Assembly (NCBI GenBank): GCA_046338525.1
Contig: JBKDWF010000055.1
Coordinates: 21,276 to 85,275 of the forward strand
Reading direction: 5' to 3'
Length of the DNA stretch: 64,000 nucleotides
From: Holosporales bacterium
GTDB lineage: Bacteria > Pseudomonadota > Alphaproteobacteria > JAJTHO01
Under the pieces are notes generated by a model, which ran no database searches, was not told the origin of the DNA, and saw nothing but the letters and a program-made list of their open reading frames with translations. The position numbers and the translations under genes are program-made. Shown here piece by piece: positions 9,131 through 18,900 of the stretch (position 1 is its first letter; each line of letters starts with the position of its first letter).

Positions 9131-10023
9131 TTCCGCACCAAAATCTCCCGCAGCCCGCCCCTCTTCCCCGCATCGGCATTAATCCGGCGGGTAGCCGTGA
9201 TGCGTTCGATACAATAATCCGCATATAGCTGATCAAAAAAGGGATCATCCGCCGTGTTGGTGGGATCGGCGTTACTAAGCATTTGCAAGACACCTTTTTT
9301 ATCCAACGTCTTGAACATCGCTGCCAGCCGGCGTTGCTCAACATCATCAAAGGATGTTTTAGCATACTGATTGAAGACGGATGTTTTGTTTAAAGGTCGA
9401 TACGGCGGATCGTAATAGATAAAGGTCTTACCCTCAATACATTCAAGACTCTGGGAAAAATCTCCTTGCTGGATAACAGTGCCCTGCAGCGCTGCTGAAA
9501 CCGCCCGCAGGCGTTCCGGTTGGACAATACGGGGTTGCTTGTACCGCCCGTACGGAACATTGAACTGGCCCTTGCTGTTCACCCGATACAAACCGTTAAA
9601 GCAGGTTTTGTTGAGGAACAGCGTCTGGGCCGCTTGGGTTAGAGTGTCGCTGGTCTTCGTGTTATACGCCTCCCGCATCGCGTAAAAAAACGCCGCACGG
9701 GCTGGGCCGTCGCACCCTAAAAAAGCGTCACTGATAGGTGTTCGATCAGCAATCAACGCCTCCACGTGATCCCGAATGGCTGTGTACACCCCTACCACCG
9801 CCGGATTGGCATCAAAAAGATATGCCCGCTTGATTAATCCCCGGCTTGCTAAATCAAAAAACACCGCCCCGCCGCCGACAAAAGGCTCAATGTAGGTGTT
9901 TATCTCCCCTTTGAGCAACGCCGCTGGGTATCGCTGGGCGAGGATCGGCAACAACTGCCGCTTGCCCCCCGCCCATTTGAGCACCGGGGCAGCCCTGTTT
10001 TGCGCTGGCTTTTTTAGCGGCAC
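9103..10023 (-). CDS. Dam-family (alpha-class) DNA N6-adenine methyltransferase, orphan
   Basis: LKWAGGKRQLLP, EPFVGGGAVF, NGLYRVN..GQFNVPYGRYK and catalytic DPPY motifs in Dam order; no restriction gene adjacent; 3' end overlaps rlmE convergently by 28 nt. Confidence 0.8.
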   Translation of the reverse strand: MPLKKPAQNRAAPVLKWAGGKRQLLPILAQRYPAALLKGEINTYIEPFVGGGAVFFDLASRGLIKRAYLFDANPAVVGVYTAIRDHVEALIADRTPISDAFLGCDGPARAAFFYAMREAYNTKTSDTLTQAAQTLFLNKTCFNGLYRVNSKGQFNVPYGRYKQPRIVQPERLRAVSAALQGTVIQQGDFSQSLECIEGKTFIYYDPPYRPLNKTSVFNQYAKTSFDDVEQRRLAAMFKTLDKKGVLQMLSNADPTNTADDPFFDQLYADYCIERITATRRINADAGKRGGLREILVRNYTNPSATR

Positions 10024-10025
10024 GG

Positions 10026-10556
10026 GTGGAAAATGCAGATGGAACCATCATGATGCAACTCTTTTCCGAATCTTTGATACAACAGGCTACAGCGCTATTG
10101 GCCCAACTGCGACAGAGAGGCCTAACGCTGGCCACGGCGGAATCATGCACCGGTGGCCTCTTAGCCGCATTAATCACAGAGATTCCCAAGGCATCAGCCG
10201 TCTATCATGGCGGCGTGGTATGCTATGCTAATAGCGAAAAAATCCGCCTTGGTGTCCCGGCCACACTAATAGAACAACACGGCGCGGTAAGTGCCCCGGT
10301 AGCCAAAGCCCTAGCGGAAGCCATTTGCACCGCCACCGGGGCCAACATTGGCCTTGCCGTCACCGGCATTGCAGGACCAGGGGGTGCTACTGCCGATAAA
10401 CCCCTTGGGCTTGTTTTTATGGCCTGTGCCCGTGCAGGGCAATCGACCAAAGTGGTACAAGAGATTTTTCCCGGTGATCGAACAACCATACGATTGGCTG
10501 CGGTGGCCAGATGCCTAAACCTTGCGTCGATAGACAGCGAGCAGCCCCCGCCCTGA
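10026..10556 (+). CDS. CinA C-terminal domain protein / nicotinamide-nucleotide amidohydrolase PncC-like (true start probably ATG near 10050)
   Basis: GLTLATAESCTGG and GLAVTGIAGPGG motifs of the CinA/PncC family. Confidence 0.8.
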   Translation: MENADGTIMMQLFSESLIQQATALLAQLRQRGLTLATAESCTGGLLAALITEIPKASAVYHGGVVCYANSEKIRLGVPATLIEQHGAVSAPVAKALAEAICTATGANIGLAVTGIAGPGGATADKPLGLVFMACARAGQSTKVVQEIFPGDRTTIRLAAVARCLNLASIDSEQPPP

Positions 10557-11324
10557 AATCCATCGCCGCCCACCATGGCGCAATACCCTTGCCGCCAGCC
10601 AGCGCCACGGTTTACACAATACCCATCCCAGCCCGCGCCTCCGCCCCAGTGTCACCAGAAACGACCATACATCCTCTTGTTCAAGGCAATCATGCTGAAT
10701 ATTCACAACCTCTAACGAAAAAATGTGCGCCAGCTTTTTCAACCCAGCCGCTGTCCAGCGGCTCATCTGCAGTGGCGGAAAAGATGTCACTTCGTTATCG
10801 TCTGCCCGCCAACCGCCATGGTTAGGAACACTAATCACCAACAAACCACCAGGACGCAGGTGAGACAACGCTTCCTCCAGCAGTCTACTTGGTTCTGACG
10901 TTTGCGCTAATACCCCCAACAACACAACAACATCAGCCAATTTATCCGTATCAGCCACTGTGCATTTTTTCGCATCACACGCAGCCCGAAAGATTGGCGT
11001 CTCATTATCAGCTATCAAAGCGACTACCGACGCTGAAGGAATTGCTTTTGCGGCCTGTTCTTGCTCCCACTCACCTAAGGGCACATCAGCTCGGTACGCT
11101 AAGACTTTTTCTTGACCTGCGACAGCCTGCTTAGAAAAAAAATCCACCCCCGTAATATCACAACGGTACAAAGGCACAATAACGCCAGAAGCAAGAACAT
11201 CCAACACAATACCCGTGTCCTCATGCCATCGTACCGTCAACACCTCCGCAGGAATTACCCCTTGCACAATAGCAGGGGCATTCGCCACCACCGAAGACAA
11301 CACCAATCGCGGCAACCGCATCAA
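10515..11324 (-). CDS. Putative class I SAM-dependent methyltransferase-like protein with Arg/Trp-rich C-terminal tail
   Basis: Methyltransf_11-like DVVVLLGVL...LLEEALSHLRPGGLLVISVPN motifs; motif I degenerate; unusual basic C-terminus (RRRGLGWVLCKPWRWLAARVLRHGGRRW). Confidence 0.4.
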   Translation of the reverse strand: MMRLPRLVLSSVVANAPAIVQGVIPAEVLTVRWHEDTGIVLDVLASGVIVPLYRCDITGVDFFSKQAVAGQEKVLAYRADVPLGEWEQEQAAKAIPSASVVALIADNETPIFRAACDAKKCTVADTDKLADVVVLLGVLAQTSEPSRLLEEALSHLRPGGLLVISVPNHGGWRADDNEVTSFPPLQMSRWTAAGLKKLAHIFSLEVVNIQHDCLEQEDVWSFLVTLGRRRGLGWVLCKPWRWLAARVLRHGGRRWISGRGLLAVYRRKV

Positions 11325-11543
11325 TCTACTTTTTACGCTAAATTGTTCATAAGAAGCAACAACATAAAGGCATTGCTGAAAAATACCTGCATCACCCCCG
11401 CCTGATTTTGACGGAAAGCCTTGAGATTTCCCAAGATATCCTTGGTAATTTCAGGATAATTGTTGGTCACAAAAAAAACTCCACTTTGTTCTTTGTAGCT
11501 GGTTCTTTCATTTGTATCATCAGGAATCAGCAAGGAAGTCATT

Positions 11544-12086
11544 ATGGCTCGCATCATTGATGCCGCAACCGCAAAAACATGGATGGATACAGGGCAAGCC
11601 GTCCTCATTGATGTCCGGGAAACAGCCGAATACAAGGAAGAGCACATACCCGGCAGCAGTCATATACCCTTAAAAAAATGCACCTTGACCCAATTGCCGC
11701 AGGCAACTGGCAAGAAAATGATTATACACTGCAAGGGCGGAACTAGGGGCGGACAGGCTTGCGATGCCCTGTTGCTTGAGAATCCAGCACTGGAATTATA
11801 CAATCTTAACGGCGGGCTAACAGCTTGGAGAGCGGCCGGATTGCCCACCATCAAAAGCAACATGCTACCTATCACACGCCAAGTACACATTGCCGTTGGC
11901 GGCTTAGTGGCCGTATTCACCGGATTGGGATTTTTCGTGCATCCTGGGTTTCATGCTTTAGCTGGGATTATCGGCCTAGGCTTGCTGAACGCCGGGGTTA
12001 CGGGATGGTGCGGCATGATGCTATTGCTGGCAAAAATGCCATGGAACATTGCAGTAAAAACCCAGTGTACCCTACCGGGACGATAG
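11544..12086 (+). CDS. Rhodanese-domain inner-membrane protein (YgaP-like; rhodanese + DUF2892-type C-terminal TM domain)
   Basis: Rhodanese fold with active-site CKGGTRG loop; C-terminal two-helix hydrophobic domain. Confidence 0.7.
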   Translation: MARIIDAATAKTWMDTGQAVLIDVRETAEYKEEHIPGSSHIPLKKCTLTQLPQATGKKMIIHCKGGTRGGQACDALLLENPALELYNLNGGLTAWRAAGLPTIKSNMLPITRQVHIAVGGLVAVFTGLGFFVHPGFHALAGIIGLGLLNAGVTGWCGMMLLLAKMPWNIAVKTQCTLPGR

Positions 12087-12108
12087 GGCGTCTCAACAAT
12101 GGATGGAT

Positions 12109-12145
12109 TTTGAGCCGAAAAGGGTGCTGTAACCCTTCTCAAAAA
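12109..12145 (+). terminator. Weak hairpin (aagggt-gctgta-accctt) followed by an A/T-rich run, after the rhodanese gene
   Basis: 6-bp stem immediately 3' of stop at 12086; T-run not directly adjacent. Confidence 0.25.
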
Positions 12146-12207
12146 AATTTTATTACCCTTGTCATCAAGATGCAGGGAATTTAAACTGTAAAAACTAGGA
12201 GTTTTTC

Positions 12208-12870
12208 GTGATAGCTCTCGATATTATTATTTTTGCCGTGGTGGCAGCGTTTATTTTCTGGCGTTATCGTTCGGTATTAGGCCAGCGCAGTGATGATGAT
12301 GTGACGCGCCCGCCCCCAAGCCAGACGCAATCCCACAAAGGCAAGGACGATGGCGTGGTCATCCTTGATCGCGGCCAATTTCGGGAAGTGCGCCCCACAC
12401 CCCCAGCCCCCGCGCCAGAATCCTTAGCTGGAGCATTGGCCGCCATTTCCGCAAAGGAAAAAGATTTTTCGGAGAAAAGCTTTCTTGCCGGCGCACGGCA
12501 AGCTTTTGGCATTATTGTGACCGCCTTTGCCGAAGGCAACACGGAGACATTGCGTCGTTTTCTGGATGATACCGTTTTTGCCACCTTTGAACGGACGATA
12601 AAAACACGCCAACAGCGTGGCGAGACGGTACAATTCACCTTAGAAGACATTCGCACGGCAGAACTACTCGAGGCTAAACTCGACGGCGATGCCGCAACCA
12701 TCAAGGTTGAAATTCTCAGCGAACAACAACAGATTCTCCGCGATGCCGCAGGCACTATTATCGAGGGTGATCCAGACAGAATCAATGAAGTTCGGGATAT
12801 CTGGTCGTTCCGACGCACTCTTGGCAGTAACGATCCAACGTGGCGGTTAGTCGCAACAAAGGCTTCTTAA
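12208..12870 (+). CDS. Tim44-like domain protein (N-terminal TM anchor, GTG start)
   Basis: N-terminal TM helix, Pro-rich linker, C-terminal ~150-aa region with the Tim44-like pattern common in alphaproteobacteria. Confidence 0.7.
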   Translation: MIALDIIIFAVVAAFIFWRYRSVLGQRSDDDVTRPPPSQTQSHKGKDDGVVILDRGQFREVRPTPPAPAPESLAGALAAISAKEKDFSEKSFLAGARQAFGIIVTAFAEGNTETLRRFLDDTVFATFERTIKTRQQRGETVQFTLEDIRTAELLEAKLDGDAATIKVEILSEQQQILRDAAGTIIEGDPDRINEVRDIWSFRRTLGSNDPTWRLVATKAS

Positions 12871-12973
12871 TAAAGGGCACCTCTATACTCCTTGCACATG
12901 AAGAATGTGCGAGCGGTATATCAAGCTTATTTCTAGGGCTATCGGTGTCTTCAGGCTCTGCGCTCGCAACCCT

Positions 12974-15922
12974 TTAGGGTTCTTGCTTCGCTTTCGGCGC
13001 ACCAAACCAATCAAATACCCCCCGCAACACACCCGGCGTTAAGGCCGTTAGCGGGTTCACGCTAATCGAAGGATTATCTGTTGTACCACTCGCCGTGTAC
13101 CGCATAGCCAAAATGCCTTCCCTTCTGTTGTTAGTTAAAAAATCACCCACAATTGGAATACCGCCAATAATCTGGGTGACGATATAAGCAGGCATAACGG
13201 CTCCCTTTAAATTGAGTTCATTACCCTGCAATCCTATCGTCCCGGCAGCTAAAAAGCCCAGCGATGACCCGGTCATTTTCATATCATCAAGAAACAATGT
13301 GCTTTTATCGAATCTGCCATTAAAGGTCATGATAGAAACTGGCAGACCCTCCCCCATTAACAAATCAATAGGCGCGGTAATAGAAGCTACAGACAAAATT
13401 CTTCCCAGCAGCGGCGCACGCCATAAACCAAAATCTTTTATTGTGCCTTCAAAAGCCCCCGGGTCTCCTAAGCGTAGGGTACCCACCAACTCGCCACCCC
13501 GCATATTAGAATAAAGACCCAGTGCGGCTAAGATACTGCCCGCGTCTTTTGCCTCCAAGCTTACTATATTTTGTTCTAACTTAGCATTAAAAGGAAAAGA
13601 ACGATCGTTTTTGACGATGCTGCCTTGCAAGTTTGCCGCTACTGTCTGACCGTGTCGCCGCTGATACCGAAAAACCACTTTGTGCGCATTAGCTCCTGTA
13701 TTATTATTTGTTTTCAATAAATCCGTCGTTATATCTATATCCAATAGTTGCGGGGTTTTATCCGATTCACTTTTACCACCAGACATTTCCAGAGGCCGCA
13801 ACTGCAAGCTTTTAAAACGCCCCAAGATAATAACACCGCCAGTCTTAGGAATACGGTAACTTAAGCTGCCGTTCGTATCGCCTAACTGCAAAACACTAGT
13901 TCCAAAAAATTGAATATTACCATCATACATTTGGCCTCTACCCCGCAACACATCCTTGCCGCTTTTCAGCACAACCGATTCTATCTGTGTTCCTCGCCCA
14001 TTTATCATTAAATTTGCTTCAAGACTTGCCGGAACATTAATGGGCTTATCCCACACTATCCAAGGCATCTCCAGCGTGGCGCGCAGCATATCCGCACGCA
14101 ATGCCACGGATGAAGCGCCGGAAGCCTTACGCTTCCACGTCACCGTTGTCCCCACTACCCCACGCAGGCTTTGCCCCACATTAATCCCTAAGGATAATAA
14201 TTGCTCTGGCATCAGGTTGGCGGCATTGATAACAGCCGTTTCTGGTGTTGCTGTTTTTCCGGTAAAATCCCGTGCCCAAACAACCTCACTAGGAATCCCA
14301 TTCAACAACCCACGACCATTCAGTTTTGCGCCTTGCGGCGTTACAGAAAGCACCCCAGTAAGTTGTTGTAACCGAAACGCGCTTTGCGGCACGGGAAAAC
14401 CAACGTCTTTTAACTGGCCATTAACATCAATCTGCAATTGACTCACAGGGAGATCGTTCAAGGGTGGGAAACGGGTAAAAAAACGTGTCTCACTGCTCCC
14501 GGTTATTTTTCTAGGATCAAGACCAAAGATATCAGCATAATGTAGCGGAGGCGCATTAACAATAGTCATGTGATCGGAAAGATTGCCGCTTAAATTCAAA
14601 TCAATAACGACTTCCTGGTTATCCGTATCAAGCCCAAGAAAATTCACTGTGCCGCCAATAATTCTTACCCCCTGACATACACCCCCATCGAGGACAATAT
14701 CAAAACTGTTGGCATCAAATGCTGCATTCCCACTTGTTTGCTGCACGGATGGCAGTTCCCCCAGATACTGCACGGTAAAACCTTCAAGACGCATCCCTCC
14801 CTTCAACTCTTGCACAGTGAGTTCTGTTCCTGCTGCTGTCTTATGCACACCAAGGCCTAAGTGAACATGCGCCGTACGAATAGTTCCCGCATCCAAATTG
14901 GTAAAAATCCAAACCCGAGGATTGGGGGCCAAACCTTCCGGCCAAAGCTGACGCAAACTAGAAAAATCAAGAATATCAAGCGCAACATGACCTGTAATAG
15001 CCGCCTGATGCACAGCGCCATCCCACACTGCGGCCACCGATGCCCGTAGGGTTCCTCCTGCAAGACGAAGCTGAGCATCATCAACACGAACCGAACGCTT
15101 TACAAAATCTACCAACATTGTCAGGGTTCCAGACCCCACGACCGTAGAAACCCCAGCCGTCGGCTCTGCTGATACTAATGCCACCGTTAACTGGGGTAAA
15201 ACACCACCCACGCTTGCACCACTCAGTGTCATCTGCACCGGCACAGCAACTGAACCAACCTGTAACGCTCCTGCCGCAGCACCGTTAACCCCTACCGCCG
15301 AAGCCTGTATCGTCCCAGTCATCTCTTTTAGACTGGCCAATGGGGCGGCCATTTTTTCATCAAAAATCCATATTTGGGCGTTATTTACTGTCAACATCCG
15401 CATCGGTAGTTTTGCAAGCACACTGGTAAACCAAACACTTGGATCCAAAACAAATAATGGCGAGGTCTCATTGCGTCGATCAAAAAAAGAAGGTTTTTTG
15501 TCAGCATGCAACACCACACGCAATACCGGCTGTTCCACGGTTAAATGAGTAATTTCATATCCGCGATTATAATTGAAACCGTAGTAAAACATACCGTGCA
15601 ATGCCTGCCACGACAGCCCGCTAGCATTTTTCTCAGCACCTATCGTCGCATTTCCAGAATATATTTCAAAAGTCTGGGCTTTTAAATCCCAGATAAGACG
15701 CACATTTTGCACACTTACTTGCTCTCCCGTCATTACCTCTAACGCCAAGCTTACAAACCGATCCAAGCCAGTGCCCATCAAAGGCCTGCCTGTGCCAAAA
15801 ATAATAGAAACCAGCGTTATCACCAGCAACGCGTTTAAAGTTTTACCCAAAAAACCAAAAATAAGCAGCACGACCGAATCAGAAGCACACCGACAAAAAC
15901 GCAAAAAAGCCCGCATGAGCAT
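12974..15922 (-). CDS. Large AsmA-like/YhdP-family membrane protein (DUF3971-type), 982 aa
   Basis: N-terminal TM anchor; ~1000-aa beta-rich body; conserved C-terminal region (GEGLPVSIMTFNG...AMRYTASGTTDNPSISVNPL) typical of YhdP/AsmA_2 C-termini. Confidence 0.6.
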   Translation of the reverse strand: MLMRAFLRFCRCASDSVVLLIFGFLGKTLNALLVITLVSIIFGTGRPLMGTGLDRFVSLALEVMTGEQVSVQNVRLIWDLKAQTFEIYSGNATIGAEKNASGLSWQALHGMFYYGFNYNRGYEITHLTVEQPVLRVVLHADKKPSFFDRRNETSPLFVLDPSVWFTSVLAKLPMRMLTVNNAQIWIFDEKMAAPLASLKEMTGTIQASAVGVNGAAAGALQVGSVAVPVQMTLSGASVGGVLPQLTVALVSAEPTAGVSTVVGSGTLTMLVDFVKRSVRVDDAQLRLAGGTLRASVAAVWDGAVHQAAITGHVALDILDFSSLRQLWPEGLAPNPRVWIFTNLDAGTIRTAHVHLGLGVHKTAAGTELTVQELKGGMRLEGFTVQYLGELPSVQQTSGNAAFDANSFDIVLDGGVCQGVRIIGGTVNFLGLDTDNQEVVIDLNLSGNLSDHMTIVNAPPLHYADIFGLDPRKITGSSETRFFTRFPPLNDLPVSQLQIDVNGQLKDVGFPVPQSAFRLQQLTGVLSVTPQGAKLNGRGLLNGIPSEVVWARDFTGKTATPETAVINAANLMPEQLLSLGINVGQSLRGVVGTTVTWKRKASGASSVALRADMLRATLEMPWIVWDKPINVPASLEANLMINGRGTQIESVVLKSGKDVLRGRGQMYDGNIQFFGTSVLQLGDTNGSLSYRIPKTGGVIILGRFKSLQLRPLEMSGGKSESDKTPQLLDIDITTDLLKTNNNTGANAHKVVFRYQRRHGQTVAANLQGSIVKNDRSFPFNAKLEQNIVSLEAKDAGSILAALGLYSNMRGGELVGTLRLGDPGAFEGTIKDFGLWRAPLLGRILSVASITAPIDLLMGEGLPVSIMTFNGRFDKSTLFLDDMKMTGSSLGFLAAGTIGLQGNELNLKGAVMPAYIVTQIIGGIPIVGDFLTNNRREGILAMRYTASGTTDNPSISVNPLTALTPGVLRGVFDWFGAPKAKQEP

Positions 15923-15937
15923 AATCTTCCACCCGGG

Positions 15938-18900
15938 CTATTCTAATCCCCTAAGCCCCCTATTCACCAGCGTTAAAAATCCAACGTCAATACCACCCCC
16001 TAACGCATGGGCAAGAGTTTGGCGATACTTAACCAACCGAGAAGCATTCTTCACCTCAAAGGCCTCGAGAGCCTTGGCTACAGTATCTTTTTTGACGTTT
16101 TTTAACAAACAAGTACTAAGATTACGAATAATCTCATACAGATCGGCTAACACCGCCGTACGAGCCTGAGCCTGCCAAGGTGCGTTCAAGGGGATGGCCG
16201 CAGCGGCTGTTTCCAGTTGCGGCAACGACAGCATCTCCGCCAAACCCACATACCCAGCGGCAGCATCTGACAACGACGCCTTAGTGGCCTCGGCCACACG
16301 GATAATGTCAGTAGCATACCGCAGGGATTTCAACTGAGCTACCTGATGCGATAATTCCGAAGGCACATGAACAGCTATCCATGCCTGCGCTTGTTGGTGC
16401 ACTGCGGAACTTTGCAAGCCAGATATTTCCCGAAAAGCCTTTGCCAATCCAGCAACAGACGGCGCATAATGCGCCACTAAAGCTGTAACATCTAAGGGCT
16501 GCTTTTCTTGACCCAAAAACCACAAAGCTTGATGCTCTACTAAGGTATTCACAGCATGATGCAATTCCAACTGCACCGCCACAGGCACCTTATTGTCTAA
16601 CTTTTCAATTGCACCCCACAACGCCCTAAGACCAAACACCTCCCGCGCCGTAGCATAAGCACGCACAATATCACACAAGGGCGCACCGCTGGTTTCCTCC
16701 AACGCATGAGCAAAATGAATGCCGCAACGATTCACGATACTGTTGGCCGCGTGGGTGGCAATAATTTCTCGGCGTAGGGGATGAGCTGCGATCTCGGCTT
16801 CAAAATTTTCCTGCAACCGTACGGGGAAGTACCGTTTTAAATCATTGGCCATGCGCGGCTCATCTGGAATTTTCGAGGTAATAAGCTCGTCAAAAATATC
16901 CATCTTGGCGTACGCAAGCAGTACCGCCAATTCTGGCCTAGTAAGGGGTTTATTCTGACGGGTTCTGGCCGCCAAGCTAACATCATCGGGCAAGCATTCC
17001 AACGCACGGTTAAGCTTACCTTTAGCTTCCAACCGCCGCATCAGCCCAGCATAAGCACCATGCAACTGGATACCTTTGGCTTCCGCCAAGGATAACGCCG
17101 CCGTCTGCAAATAATTATCATAAATCACTAATTCTGCGACTTCATCGGTCATGGCCTCCAGCAAGCGGTTGCGTTCCTCAATTTTAAAGTGCCGCCGCCG
17201 GGTTACTTCCTGCATGAGAATTTTAATATTCACTTCATGATCCGAACAATCCACGCCAGCAGAGTTATCAATGGCATCAGTATTGAGGCGGACACCTTGC
17301 TGGGCTGCCTCAATTCTCGATTTTTGGGTCATTCCCAAATTCGCACCTTCACCAATAACCTTTGCCTTCAATGCCGAAGCACTGATACGCAGCGCGTCGT
17401 TTGTTTTATCGCCGACCTCCACATCGGTTTCATGATTGGCCCGCACATAAGTTCCAATACCACCAAACCACAACAATTCCACATCCATGCCCAAAATAAG
17501 CCGAATCAAAGCATCGGGGGTCAACGCATTTTCCTCAGTCCCTAAAAGCCCACGAACAACAGGGCTTAAAGTAATCGTTTTCGCACTACGGTCAAAAACG
17601 CCGCCGCCTTCAGAAATAAGACGGGGATTATAATCACTCCATTGAGAAGCAGGTAGGTTGAAAAGACGCTGCCGCTCTACAAAACTGGCTTCTACATCGG
17701 GGTTTGGATCGAGGAAAATATGCTTATGATTAAACGCTGCCAACAGGCGAATCTGCGAAGAGAGCAGCATCCCATTGCCAAACACATCCCCCGACATATC
17801 GCCCACCCCGGCAACCGTGAACGGTGTCGCCTGAATATCTTTACCCCGTTCCCGAAAATGACGCTTAACCGCCTCCCAACCGCCCCGGGCAGTAATCCCC
17901 ATTTTCTTATGATCATAACCAACGGACCCCCCGCTGGCAAAAGCATCACCCAACCAGAAGCCATATTCAGCCGCCAACGCATTGGCAATATCCGAAAAGG
18001 TCGCGGTGCCTTTATCTGCTGCCACCACTAGGTAAGGATCGTCACCATCATGACGCACTACTTGAGCCGGCGGCACAACTTTATTCCCGTGCAAATTATC
18101 GGTGATATCCAATAATCCCCGAATCAGGGTTTGATAGCAGCGAACGACCTCTACCTGCTGTTCTTCCCGGGGCAGACCCACCAACGATTTTTTAACAACA
18201 AACCCGCCTTTGCTTCCCACTGGCACAATAACTGCGTTCTTCACCATTTGAGCCTTGATGAGGCCGAGAACCTCCCGGCGGAAATCTTCCCGCCGATCGG
18301 ACCAACGAATCCCCCCACGGGCAACCTTACCACCACGCAGATGTATCCCCTCCATATATGCAGCATAAACAAATATTTCCGCATACGGACACGGCTGGGG
18401 CAAATCAGGCACGAGGTTGCTGTTCATTTTAAAAGAGAAATATTTTTTCAACTGGCCATTGGCATCATGCTGAAACACATTTGTGCGCCAAATCGCCTCA
18501 ACAAGCGCAATCAAATAGCGTACGACGCTGTCTTCCACTAAACTACGCACCGTTGTCAGACGCTCTTGCAACCGTGCCCGCACCGCGGCTGCATCCATTG
18601 TGTTCTCTGGGGCAAAGCGGGCATCAAATAATGCCGCTATATCTGCCGCGATAACTGGATAGGCCAACAACGTCGCACTGATAACAGCCACGCTGTGAGC
18701 AAAACCAGCTTGCCGCGCATAAAATGCCAATGCCCTCAAGGTGGCCACCTGCCGCCAGTGCAAACCAGCAATGATCGTCAGGCTGTTCAGTGCATCATCT
18801 TCAGCATCGCCGCTCCACACAGCAACAAACGTAGCCTCTACGCCTGCTGCGGTAGTAGCACCCAACACAAAATTTGAATCCGAAGAAAAAACAGTAAAAT

